NCBI GenBank assembly: GCA_951406725.2
Contig: OX597818.1
Coordinates: 14,012,001 to 14,076,000 of the forward strand
Origin: Octopus vulgaris
Lineage: Eukaryota
Direction of reading: 5' to 3'
DNA length: 64,000 bases
Under the pieces are notes generated by a model. The model was not told where the DNA came from and did not search any database. It was given only the letters and a program-made list of their open reading frames with translations. This document shows, in pieces, positions 50,283-64,000 of this stretch. The translations under genes and the position numbers were made by a program. Each line of letters opens with the position of its first letter. The stretch's first letter is position 1.

Positions 50283-51900
50283 TCCTCTTGCAAATTTTAT
50301 ATTCTTTCTATTAAAGCTAGCTATGATGGTACCTATATTGGGGAGAGTAGAATATGAGATTTTAATGTTCTTACTGGAAACTATTACATTTTATGGGATG
50401 CAGGGAAGCTTTATCTAAAATAGCCATAAATTTATTATATATGTTGCTAGATATAGAACAGTTGAAAGGAACGTTATACCAGACTATTTTACTCTTTCTA
50501 GACTTTTTATGTATATGAGGGCGGAATTTGTCTACTCTTCTTCCGCCTTCCAAACTCACGACTTGATTATTAGGTATGGCTAATATATTGGTATTTATTT
50601 CATCATTAAAGAGTGACATAATCCGCTCAATCATCTCTCTACAATTATTATATAAACTATAAATCTTACTGATCTTAGAATCTATTTTCCTATTGTTACA
50701 TATCTTTTTCTTTGATTTAATAGGATCGATGGATGCTTTAATAGCAGGTTTGTTTTCCTGATCAAGTGGCTAGAAACTTAATTTTTCCTTGATACCCGGC
50801 CCTAGCTAGTGCTTCATTGTAGTAAGGTGCATGTATGTTGAATATTGTCTTGTGGTTGATAGGCGTGATATTCTGGTGGCTATATTCCTAACTATTCATT
50901 TGATTATAGATTATAGATGATTGGACTTTATACTTATGTATATAAGACGCTCGTGTGATTTGTGTATGGAATGTTTCTAAGTAATATCTAGGAAATTTTC
51001 ATTACGATAATTGCTCTATATGGCCGAAACTTTTAGATACCGTTTAAATAATTTGTGTAGTTTTTTTCTGTTTGTTGATTTTTATTTTAGTACAATTTTC
51101 TATTGCGAAAAGGGCATCGTCTCTGTATAGACCCTCCGCTGTTTGTAGGAATGAGGATTTGATGCGCAGTAAGATGTAACTTCCTACGATATCCGTGACT
51201 TGAGTCGTTCGAACCCATTGGTATATCGAAGGAAGTCTTTCCATCTGATCTCATCCATAGTTTATTAATAATGGTTTCTTGTGTTGTTAATATTATGTTT
51301 ACAACTGACTTAGATAAGCTAGAATTTTCATTGCAAATATGAGTCCTTTATTGAGTATTATAGGATTGATTTTGGAGTAGTATTCATTTATATCTAATTG
51401 TTAAAAATTTGAAGTTTTTTTTTTTGTTTTTTCCATTTTCTGAAACTATACTATTACTTCCTGACTGAATGTCCGACCATAAAGAAAGACCAATCTTAAT
51501 TTTGAGTTCAAGCAATATTTTATCTATAAAGTTTTGCTTATACATCATATGTCCGATTTCGATCGACATATTAGTCTGAATTTAGGGCAGCTATTGAAGT
51601 TATTTTTGTGGTCTTTAACGTTTATCCTAGATTTTCTTAGGACATATGGTTCCCTCTCATCTTCTATCTCAAGTTTTTTACTATTTCAAATCCTTTGTTA
51701 TTTATATTAGTGTAAGTTTGTATTAGCTAAGTATTTCTATTTAAACTAAATTATTATATAGTGTAGTGTTTACAGTATAAAGGTTACCGGCTATGTCTGC
51801 AGGCACTATGATTCCGTTTGCGTTTTTAAAAACCTTCAGTATTTTTTCCAATTTTTGTTGGTGTTCCATGCTCTTGTTAAGTATTTCCTGAATGTGATGT
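49692..51900 (-). mobile_element. Naiad-type PLE RT-to-linker remnant with internal microsatellite expansions
   Basis: Minus-strand motifs in order: VPADIAGNLY, KDHKNNFNSCPKFRLI, EIGH, GLYRDDAL, IVWYNVPFN, SNCRVKSYCPLLGHCL. (AAT)n/(GAT)n tracts at 49803-49952 and 50208-50280. Confidence 0.82.
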
Positions 51901-52233
51901 TCTCGAAGCCGAGGATTTCAAATTTACAGTGACAAAATTTACATATCACATGAGGAAACTGAACTAGATCACAGAGTGCAGGGAAACATTTGCATAATCA
52001 AGTACCTGCACTTCTGGAGAACTACGTAGCGTAGAAAGAATTGTAGGGATTAAAAAATAAATATCCAACCGTACATCTTGTTGATTCCAATGTTTACACA
52101 CACGACAGATGACTAAACGCGAAACTGGAAGTAAGTATAATCCTACTACACAATACCACAGTATAAATCTGAAGGTGGACGTTATTTATACTGTACTCTA
52201 CAACGTTCATAACACTATATATATATATATATA

Positions 52234-52367
52234 TACTTTCTTTTAAGCAGCAGAAAATTCAACAAAATCTGTTGAATTTTCTGCTGCTTAAAATAAAGCA
52301 TATTACTCTACCACTGGTATTTGAGTACTCAATTTTCCACCTTGTTTCACATTTATGTGTTTACTCC

Positions 52368-52369
<2 letters not shown>
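52234..52369. repeat. Fold-back hairpin plus short repeat end (PLE pLTR-like)
   Basis: Perfect 24-bp stem at 52241-52264 / 52270-52293 with a 5-nt loop. Between TA runs. Confidence 0.75.
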
Positions 52370-52411
<42 letters not shown>

Positions 52412-52414
<3 letters not shown>

Positions 52415-53631
52415 GGGTTGGACAAAATAAAGGAAACACCTTAAAATTTCAAACAAATTTATTTTAATATCGGGCAGGATGCTTTTGGGTGTAATTACAA
52501 CTTTAATTCTACGAGTTATTGACTCGTACAAAGTTTGAATTGTTTCCAAATGAATTTTTGTCCATTCTTCAGCTAAAACTGTCTCCAGGTTTTGTAGTGA
52601 TGATGGTAGAGGATCTCGACTCATTCCTTGTTTTTCTAAAATGCAACATAAATGTACAATAATATTGAGATCTCGGGACTGTGGTGGCCAGATAAGTTGT
52701 TCAACTTCACTAGAATGTTCCTCGTGTCATTCAGTAACAAATTTAGCTGTGTGAATTGGTGCATCAGCACCCTGAAAAATTGCGTTTCCCTACGGGAACA
52801 GTTCCGCAACAATATGATGAATTTGATCAGATAAAATGCTTAAATAGTCTTAACTATTAATTCTGTCATGAAGGGATACCATTGATCCAGCGGATTTCCA
52901 AGATATAGCCACCAAAATCATCACAGATCCTTCTCCAGGTTTTACAGTTGGAAGAAGTCCGGGTTACATGCTTCTTTTGGCTGTCTCCACACGTTTACTC
53001 GGCCAGTGGTCGGAAATAAGGTAAAGGATGACTCGTCCGAAAAAATAACATTCTTCCACCGATCTAGGGAGCCATTCTGCAGATTTTTACTCCAGTCTAA
53101 ACGCTTTGCAAAGTTTTCTTTTTTTTAGCAATAGATATCTTATTGCAGCCTCCGTGAAATCCGGCTTTGTGCAGCTCCCAGTAAACAGTTTTTCTGGAAA
53201 ATGGGTCCTCGAGGTGGTCATTAAGCTCTGCAGTAATTTTGGGAGGTGTAATTTTGTGATCCTTTCTAACAATTCGCGTAAGAGTCGACGGTCCATATCT
53301 GAAAGTTTTGGTTTTCTTCCGGATTTTGGTAGACGAGGAACTTTTCCATCTTTCTGAAAGCCTGTCATTACTTTCGAGACAATACTTCTTGATACATCAA
53401 ACATTTCAGCTGTTTTCGTTACGCTAGCGCCTGCCATACGAGCACCAACAATTTGACCTCTCTGAAAGTCCGATAGGTCTGAAAAGAAACAACAATTTAA
53501 CAAAAAATATTAAGCAACATTAAGGACAAGTCAAAATATATAAAAATAAACAAGCCTTTGATGATTTTATCGATATTTCAAAATTATGATGCTATGATGC
53601 TAGTTGTTTCCATTACTTTGTCCAACCCCAG
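52412..53631 (-). mobile_element. Tc1-family transposon with both TIRs, transposase pseudogene
   Basis: TA-CAGGGGTTGGACAAAATAAAGGAAAC ... GTTTCCATTACTTTGTCCAACCCCAG-TA. SDLSDFQRGQIVGARMAG, KNVIFSDESSF, FQGADAPIH, WPPQSRDLNII. Frameshifted. Confidence 0.95.
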
Positions 53632-55208
53632 TATATTGACATGTCACATTCATATATCGACAATAATTTGTACTTGTCAATATATTTAGAATTTTTATCG
53701 TATTGTAAGAACAGTTTTAGGACAAAAAGGAAATCATCTCCATCCAGATTGTATGTTTATGTCAACGAAATTTGTTTTTTTAGTTCACACATCAGAAAGC
53801 CCGTTGAATCTCTTCAAATATTTGAAATGTAATACTTGTATATATTTACATTTCTAAAAATATCTTGACTTTTCACACGTAATTTTTCACTTAACAACAA
53901 GGCAATGTTGCTATCTTATGATAATTTGAGTGGCATGCCACAAAATTTGTTGGATGTTTGTGAAAAGAATCGCCGCTAACGAAGTAAAGAATAGAAAATT
54001 AATACAATTTAAACACAATTGTATATATCACAAACATCAAACCACCAGACATTCAAAGACTCATTTGATGCAATTCAATCCATGTGTGTGCGTGTGTGTT
54101 GGTTGGGTGGCTGTTTGGGTGGGTACGTGTTTGTGTGTGTGTATATACACATATGATGATATGACTGATCGCCACTCATGTTTCTATTCAATGAATTTTA
54201 AATATCAATTTAGGTTCAGATTATTTGCAGTTAATGCAGTCATTATTTGATAAATGGAGAGGTTCCCAATCAGTAACATGCAATTTAATTTGAATTTGAT
54301 ACTACAATGCAAATATGCGTATCTTCGCATTATCGACAAATCGATTCACACATATATAAATATGCTCGCGCGCGTGTATGTGCGTGTGTATGTGTGAATG
54401 TTTTTGTGTGGGCGTATGTGCGTGAGTGTATGTTTGTATATGTATGTGTGTGAGCGCGCGCGTATGCGTGTATACCTGGATATTTGCAGCAATCATTGCA
54501 TCAGAAATATCTTGTCCAATTAAACACTACAGTCAGCAGTAACATGAAAGTACACATGAGCTTCAGCATCGTATCAATACATGCAAACAACATAATATAA
54601 ATTTCTAAACACACACACACAGATATACATATATATATGCACCCATATATGTGTGCATAGATGCAGGCTTGCATGCATACGTTTGTGGATGGGGTGTAGA
54701 TGTGTGGTTGTTGCGTGTGTGTTTCTATACGCAGAGGGTATTCTATATGGATTACGAAAATGTTGTTTATATAGTCGTCCTCATATTCAATATTTAATCT
54801 TGAAATATGTAAATAGTGCTAAACTTCTAAGGCAAGACCAACAACTGATCATATTGCATTAATGATAATATGTATCAGTTGTTAAACATTAAATTAAAGT
54901 GATCTATTATAAACATGCGTCCGATATTGCAAATACTACACTCTATGTTTAGAGTTATAATGATCATACATTCATTGTTTAGTTAAAAATTCCAATTATT
55001 TTGATTCATCGGAGCTGCTATGAAGAGGGTATATCAATTGAAACGCCAGGTGCTTCAAGTGCTGGTAGTCTTCAGTTTGATTTCCTTTCTGTGAAGGGGA
55101 ATATTTTCATGCAGTTTTGTAGTTACTACGCGAATAATCACAGAAAATTCGCAATTAAGCTATCAATAATACATACACACAGTTATATACATATACACGC
55201 ACCCCACC

Positions 55209-55254
<46 letters not shown>

Positions 55255-55258
<4 letters not shown>

Positions 55259-55410
55259 AGATTCTTTTAGTTTCCTTCCACCTGTTTCACTCACAAACTT
55301 TGGTCTGCCCGAGGCTCTAGAAGACACTTGCTCAAGGTGCCAGGCAGTGGGACTGAACCTACAAGTAAGTGGTTGTGAAGCAAACCTCTTATCACACACC
55401 CACCCTTGCT
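55255..55410 (-). mobile_element. SINE 5' half (16573 family)
   Basis: Reverse complement contains GGTTCAGTCCCACTGCCTGGCACCTTGAGCAAGTGTCTTCTA. Confidence 0.78.
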
Positions 55411-55474
55411 TCTAAACAAGTGGTGAAATTCTTTATATCATAGCAGAGAGATCTGACTGATATGAGATGAATGG

Positions 55475-55508
55475 TCGAGGAGGTCCAATGGACTGAAATC
55501 ACGTGATA
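55475..55508 (+). ncRNA. Degenerate hammerhead motif
   Basis: TCGAGGA-GGTCC-AAT-GGACT-GAAA-TCACGTGA-TA. Good stem II and palindromic stem III. 5' core and stem I decayed. Confidence 0.4.
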
Positions 55509-55751
55509 TGGAAATTTTAGCGCCCATGAGAGTTGTTTCGTCTGTTACGATCTATGTATGTGCTTTAATGTACCAAACGCCTAAACGAGGGACTCTCCCA
55601 AAGATAATAACGCAGTACTCGATGTTCTAACAAAGCCTCCATGTTAAGTAGGATATAAAGAATACATTTTGTTATAAATACTGTTTCTATCGCTAATCAT
55701 TAATAATTAATATATAAGTAATAATTAATAATTAAGATATATATATATATA

Positions 55752-55950
55752 TAACGGGAAGGTTTACGAAAATAAACAAAAGACGAAGGCAGGTGGAGTA
55801 CAAACAAACAATTGTATTAGTATGGCGTTCAGGAATAGAAATAAAACAAGTCTTTTACGTTTCGAGCCTACGCTCTTCGACAGAAAGATACAGAGAAAAG
55901 AAACAAGGAGAGAAAAAAATGCGTGTAGGAGCTAACGGTCCAACATGGCG
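55752..55950 (-). mobile_element. Neptune-type PLE pseudo-LTR end with variant HHR (55851-55888)
   Basis: Homologous to 44991-45087 and 24400-24572. Minus strand TCTTT-CTGTCGA-A-GAGC-GTAG-GCTC-GAAA-CG-TA-AAAGA. Confidence 0.78.
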
Positions 55951-56369
55951 TTACATATAATATATATATATAAATGTGTGTGTGCGTATTTGTGTTTGTG
56001 TGTGTGTATGTGTGTTTTTGCGTATGCGTTCGCGCGTTCCCAGACGTACGATAATAGATAAACAAATGTCACAAAATATAGTAAATAACAAACACAGGCA
56101 AATTTTTATACATCCAGATTGTAGCCTTGTCTAGAAATGTGCTGTACTCAATGAAACAATGGCAAGTGTATTTTTTCCTTTCCTTGTTATATATAAAATC
56201 ATATGCGTTGGCGTAATTTAATATCTTTGTTAATATAGATATGAAAAATTACTATTAAGACTCAGATAATTTGACACTACAATCATATTCTAAGAATTTT
56301 TATTACATATTATATAGTGGCAAATGAAGCCAGTAAATATATCTTTTATGCTGTACGTATATATATAAA

Positions 56370-57145
56370 AATAATATTATTAATAAAAAATAATAATATA
56401 TGTTGCTAGCAAGCATAAAATAACCAAAAAGCGAAATTATTGATTTATAATCTGGGTAGAAGGTGGTACACAGCATTGCTAGAATTAAGAGTCCAGACTG
56501 CTCATCTATGAGCAGTAAATCACTTATGTGCACTGGTGAATTCCAAGAAACGAGTATATAAAGTCCAACTTACCAATAGCGAGAAAAATCGCTGACGTAC
56601 ACATATCACGAGATACCGAACACTGTGATAAACATTTAGTACTCACCAGTCAGTATTACTGCCTAGAGCTAAGCATACTCGCGTCACCAAGAGGTTATTG
56701 ACCACATGAATGTAGCGGCAAATTTAAAATGATCGAAGTGAATAAAATTATAAAAATATATAAAGATATTATTATCAATAAAAAGCAATTATATAAGTGT
56801 ATAGCAAGCCTAAAATAAAGAAAAAGGTAAAAGTATTAATTAATGATCAGTGTACAAGATTGTACACAACATTCTTATAAATAAGAATCGAAACTGCACA
56901 AGTGTATTTAGCCCTAGGCAATAATACTCACTAATGAGGATTAAGTGTTTATCACCGGGTTCGAAACCACGTGATATGAGTATATCTACACACTCATTTT
57001 GCGATTTTCACGCTGTTGGAAAGTTGGCTTTTTATATACTCGTTTCCTCGAATTCACCAATGTGTAAAGTGATTTACTGTGGTTCTTGAGCTGTTTGGAC
57101 TCTTATTTCTAGCAATGCTCTGTACTATTTTATACCCTGATATTA
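56370..57145. mobile_element. Old pLTR-like cluster with direct and inverted repeats and an HHR
   Basis: About 56450-56610 is a diverged reverse complement of about 56970-57145. About 56370-56500 is a diverged direct copy of about 56765-56900. Confidence 0.6.
56924..56983 (+). ncRNA. Type I hammerhead motif (degenerate core)
   Basis: ATACTCA-CTAATGA-G...C-GAAA-CCACGTGA-TA-TGAGTAT. Perfect 7-bp stem I and CACGTG palindrome. Confidence 0.6.
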
Positions 57146-57152
57146 CATATAT

Positions 57153-57226
<74 letters not shown>

Positions 57227-58198
57227 CACCATTTAATATTCTCCGAATTATTTGTAACAGTTTACTATTTCAACCAGAAAACAGATGCCAAACTAGTATA
57301 AGAACCGGAATATAATTGGTGCGATATATTTATAATATTCCACAACATTTAAACTTACTTTACAAGTTAAATACGTACCAGAATACTAATCTATTTTCAT
57401 ACGATATTATTCTAATTATAGCCTCTGACTCAAGCTTGTACAGTTAGTAAATGATGCGAGACTTATTGATTGTAGGCAAGTACGTCTATTGGTAATGTGA
57501 AAATAACAAGAATTCATGTATTGTATTAATTTCTTTATATATATTTACATATATTTATTAACTAGCGCATTAAATGCTAATAATCAAAGCTAATATTTTA
57601 CAATATTTCATTAAATTGCAAATCTCTTGTTCTATTTTAACGCATCAATTATAATTACCATGCGATTTTTTATCGCTTTATCGGCAGAGTTTTAGTAGTA
57701 TTTAGAATAAACAACAATAGTTTTCTTTTTTTATTTACCCATTAAATAACATTTAAAATGTTACTTTGACATATAGTATATATGTACGTTATACGTGTAT
57801 GAATTATCGACTCGGATTTTTGTTTTCAATAGAAAATTTATAATATACAACAAACTGTATGATACTTACAAAATATTCCAGCAAGTATATGTCAGTATGA
57901 AAAGTTAAAATGCAAAACATTTACCGGGATGATCGACGACTTGTTGCACAGTTGTAACACCAAGCTATTACATAAAGTATTACAAACGTACTTATTACTA
58001 TGAGACGACTGTAGGTGATATACGTAGGAAATATTACATAATAAATGTACTAAGGATCTTCGATGTAAATCTTCGGGCCATTAACTAGTCCAAGCAAATA
58101 AATATAAATGTACCTAGTACGCAAATGTTTTACATATGCCCGTAAAAGGATTTTGATGTTTTTCGAAGAACATCAGTATCAATATGACTATATATTCT

Positions 58199-58545
58199 AA
58201 GGCGGAGAGCTGATAGGATCGTTTAAACGCTGTGCTAAATGCTTAGCAGTATTTCGTCCGTCGCTACCATTCCCTGCATTTCGGGCGCAGATTGGCCTCA
58301 TTAGCCATCTGCGGACTCACAAAACAAGCCCACCCCCAACCCAGGATTATTAGATGGTCTTCGTCGCATCGATGAACAAACTACAGAAAACTACACGTTC
58401 TGAGTTCATATTCCGCCAAGGCTGATTTTGCCTTTCATCCTTCCGAAGTCGATCCAATAAATATCAGTTGAGCATTGGGATCGATATAATCGACTTACAT
58501 CCAATCCCCGAATTCCTGGCATTGTACCAACATTTGAAAGCAATA
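58199..58545 (+). mobile_element. SINE (42364 family) interrupted by an RTE 3' end
   Basis: SINE sequence breaks at about 58267 and resumes at about 58396 (ACGTTCTGAGTTCA). Confidence 0.78.
58267..58395 (+). mobile_element. RTE-clade LINE 3' terminus
   Basis: FRAQIGLISHLRTH C-terminal zinc-finger half, then ATGGTCTTCGTCGCATCGATG and a short repeated ACTAC tail. Confidence 0.72.
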
Positions 58546-58649
58546 TGTCTATCGATTCTTGATAATTTTCATATGAACCTATGTCAGCAATATTATTACT
58601 ATTATGGCCATTATTATTATTGTTTTTCATATCTTTGCTGTTATAAATG

Positions 58650-58850
58650 AGGAACCTGCTGGTACAATCGTTAGTGAAGCGGAAAAAATATGTCATTTTT
58701 CCCGGCTCTTATATTCTGACTTCAATTCCAGTGAAGGTCAACGTTACTTTTCATCTTTTCGCGATCTGCAAGTCGACAAGATAGAATATCGGTTAAATTC
58801 CTGAGTCGATGTCATTGAATTTAACCTTCCCCACAAATTACAACTTTGCA
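58650..58850 (+). mobile_element. Old SINE copy (42364 family)
   Basis: GCTGGTACAATCGTTAG..TTCTGACTTCAATTCC..GGTCAAC..TTTCATCTTTTCG. Confidence 0.55.
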
Positions 58851-58887
58851 TCAAAATAATAGTAATGATAATAATACCAATTGTTCT

Positions 58888-60362
<1,475 letters not shown>

Positions 60363-60386
60363 ATTATTATTATTATTATTATTATT

Positions 60387-60421
<35 letters not shown>

Positions 60422-60458
60422 TATTAGTATTATTTTTATTATTATTATTATTATTATT

Positions 60459-60519
<61 letters not shown>

Positions 60520-60555
60520 ACATCATCATCATCCTCATCAGTAGTAGTAGTAGTA
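60363..60555. repeat. (TAT)n/(CAT)n/(TAG)n compound microsatellite
   Basis: Direct reading. Confidence 0.95.
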
Positions 60556-62706
60556 GGTGTAGTATTAGCAATATGAGTTAGTTGTTGCTTTGTCTTATGG
60601 GAGTTGCTCCGAGTAATATGTGCACTATACTCATGAAAACATGTTTTTATATTTGTGGTAGTTCTATTTAGCACTATCCTTGAAGCTGTGATGGTCACGC
60701 GCAGACTTAACGTTCCCAGATGCCACATTTTTAGACCTTTATTGGTATATTCTTGTATTTAATTAAATTTTCAGTCATTTCTGCAAAATTATTAGTATGA
60801 TGGGATTCATATATCTATAAATCTTTCATCTAATTCAGTATTTCAGTAATATAAGACACGGTAGCAACCACCCATATGATAACTGAATGTATCAAATTCT
60901 CTGAATTAAATTTGGGCATTAAAACAAGTTTAAGACTTTACAAATATATTATTTACATTATTTCTAATTTTATGTGCATAATATCATTGAGTTCCACGGT
61001 TCCAAGATGAATGCATCCATTGTTAACATATTCTGAAAAAAATTATGATTATCATTGTTGTTGTTGTTATAATATCATCATCATTGTATTTACTACTATC
61101 TATTTACTGCCTTATTCGGAGCAGATTCCAATAGCGTTGTGTTGCCATTATACATTCAACAGTAGTCCACCTGGTATAGTTTACCTCCAATTAATACCAT
61201 ATATTCTCACTAGCTATGTTAATATTCAGTTAACTCAGCTACCGACGTGATTCCAGTTATCAGCTTCTAGCCTTTAAATGTTTTATCATTTAATTATTAC
61301 TTCCCAAATCATAAACTGTAAATTTCAGCATACATTTTTAAGAAACAAAACTTAAGTATCAGAATAAATACTGACACGTCAACTAACAGATTTAATACCA
61401 GATGCGTCATGCAAGGAAATCTACAAAGCTTATAATTTGATCTACAGTTGAGCCAAAAGTACACAATCCTTGGCGCTGAACACAGCAAGCCTGCGGTGTT
61501 CAGCACCACGGATGTCGTTATTTCAGTAGCTATGAAGCTGTACAGTACAAGATATCCTACATTTTTTCTTTTGCGATAGAGACATTTTTTTTTACATAAA
61601 TTTTCAAGTGATAACTCGATTTTTCAAACTTAACACAGTTTTGCATTGTAGTGTAATGAGAGTCAACTTGGAAATGTATTTAGTTGACTTAAGATATTAT
61701 TATTAGTTTAAAATGCTACAATTCCTGATTCAGAATGAAAGCACCAATATGCAGGCAAAGTGTGAGGTTACTGGAGAATAATAATGCTATCAAGTGCCCT
61801 CTAGTAAACAGTCGCTAGCATTCTCCATCAAAACAAGACTTTGCACTTAACATTTCTTTGTACCGTAGTTTATATTTTTATCCTTGTTAGACAAACAATA
61901 AAATATAACTTAAGTGCGATTTCCGTTTGCAAAAATAAGCGAAACTTCCCTTTCTGAATTTTTGCAAAGTAGTTCTCAACAGCATGCTGTCTTCCTCTAC
62001 ATAACGAAAAAATGTATGGTGGTTTGAGGCAAACTTGCATAAGCGAAGTCAATAGTTTTCTGTGTTTGTGTTAGTTGACAGATAATTCTGATCGCTATAT
62101 ACTTATAATTCGGAACTTCCATTTCCCAGAAATCAGTGACGATAAACACATAAATCATTTGGTATGAAGATAGAGCGACTGCAGATAGAGCAATAAATTT
62201 ATTGGGCGGTCTGCTCTTTCTCACTCGATAATTTCCTTTTTAAGCTACATCAAAGGACGTATCATAGCAAATAAAGTGTGTACACTATATGAAATATAAA
62301 TTACTATTCGTCTATAATTTGGATTAATTCTCTGACGTGGACAAGCAGAGCAGAAATTCAAAACTGGGCTACCAGTAAATGCTGGAAACAATGGGAAGCG
62401 CTTCCGTACATTATTTTCAATATTAATGAACGCTACATATGTACTTTTCATAATTTTATAAATGAAACTTTCTTCATACCATTTACACAATCATTGTTAA
62501 TATTCTATATTTTCCCAGATTGTATTAATTTAAAATCTTTCAGAGTTCCTTAACATGTTGATGCATGTAGAATTTATGATGAAATATACATGCAAGACAT
62601 GCGTATGCGTGTATACACACATACACACACTCACGCACACAGACACAGATATACATATACAATGCAGACATGCACACACGTACACTCACACACGCATATA
62701 TATATC

Positions 62707-62873
62707 GGCACAGGAGTGGCTGTGTGGTAAGTAGCTTGCCACATAGTTCAGGGTTCAGTACTACTGCGTGATCTTCGACAAGTGTTTTCTACTATAGCAT
62801 CGGGTTAACCAAAGCCGTGGGAGTGGATTTGGTAGACGGAAACTGAAAGAAGCCCGTCTTATATATATATGTG

Positions 62874-62910
<37 letters not shown>

Positions 62911-63285
62911 ATGGGTGGGTGTGTGTGAGTGTGTGTGTATGTGTGTGTGTGTGTTTGTCCCCCCACCATCGCCTGAGAACCGATGCTGGTGTGTTTACGT
63001 TCCCGTAACTGCATAAATAATTCACTGCAGTAGTTTTCGCCGGTTTTGAGAACGTATTAATTTAAAGTTAAAATCAAAATGGGGGTGAAAAATTGGATAT
63101 TAATTTGATAACATCAGTTTTAACACCAGTGGTCTAGCATATAAAAAACTGAGATCCAGCAGATAGACCGATAGAAGGAAGTAGTAGATTTACAAAGAAT
63201 GAGTCCTGGGGTCGATTTGTTCTACTAAAGGTGCTGCCCCAGCATGGCCGCAGTCACATGACAAACAAATAAGAGAATAAAAGAA
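62707..63285 (+). mobile_element. tRNA-derived SINE (16573 family) with a about 150-bp interruption at 63011-63165
   Basis: GGCACAGGAGTGGCTGTGTGGTAAGTAGCTTG head, (TG)n, and a 3' part ending AATAAAAGAATA. Confidence 0.85.
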
Positions 63286-63299
63286 TATATATATAGAAA

Positions 63300-64000
63300 A
63301 CTCTATCCATAACAAAAATCAATATACTATCCAAAGGTTTAAAGTTCACCCCAACCCCACGAAGATCTAACCATAATGAAATTAAAGACACTATTTCGGA
63401 ATTCTGCAGAAAACTACGACTCGCAGGAGAACTAACTGACTACGGCAACGAAGATGAATCACTAGTCAAAAGCAGAAGTAATTACCTTCCACATAAGGGT
63501 AAAAATAAAACACTGGTTGACTACTGCAACCATATCCAAAAGTTCCGCAACACATCCATTAAACGAAAAATTAATCCTAACCTCAACAATCTAGAATGGA
63601 AAATCTGACTGAACTAAAAAACGGCAAAGACCTGACAATTAAAGAAGCTGACAAAGGAAATGCTGTAGTTCTGATGGACACAGAACACTATAAAAACCTA
63701 GTACTTTCCATATTAAAAATCGAGGCCTTCTACGGAAAAGTTATAAACTATAAACAACAAAAAACAATGAAAAATCTTGCATCCTTAATTCTTCTACTTG
63801 GAAAAGGCCTGACAGAAAAAGAAACAGACTACATCACGAACTTCAAATGTAAACTCAGTCTTTTTTATGGCCGCCCTAAGATACACAAGAGCAAGATAAT
63901 CAATGAAGACTGCAAACAATCACCAGGCAAATATATAAATATCCAAACGCCAGAAGACTTGACTTTAAGACCCATTGTAGCTGGGCCAGCCTGTGAAACC
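63300..64000 (+). pseudogene. Neptune-type PLE ORF (N-terminal region and start of RT), runs off window
   Basis: LSKGLKFTPTP..EFCRKLRL, IKEADKGNAVVLMD, FYGRPKIHKS, LRPIVAGPACET. Frameshifts. Same family as 44991-45915. Confidence 0.9.

Overview
AT-rich, microsatellite-dense eukaryotic DNA with no host protein-coding gene or true RNA gene that I can support. The SINE and repeat families resemble those I associate with octopus genomes (recognised from memory, not verified). The window is a mosaic of decayed mobile elements. DNA transposons: two Tc1 copies of one family (one with both TIRs), a mariner, a Buster-type hAT, a Chapaev-like CMC remnant and a Tc2-like MITE. Non-LTR retroelements: R4/Dong-type LINE pieces sitting in (TAA)n, an L1/Tx1 RT fragment, an RTE tail and several tRNA-derived SINE families. 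Penelope-like elements (PLEs) of Naiad and Neptune type are numerous. The main hidden signal is about a dozen type I hammerhead ribozyme (HHR)-like motifs, most with palindromic stem III, in pseudo-LTR-like direct and inverted repeats. Highlights are a 584-bp near-perfect inverted repeat with an intact-core HHR, a family sharing an atypical CUGUYGA core, and an HHR-bearing direct repeat flanking an L1/Tx1 fragment. Nearly all ORFs in the supplied track are microsatellite or chance ORFs, or transposon fragments. All calls are by eye.
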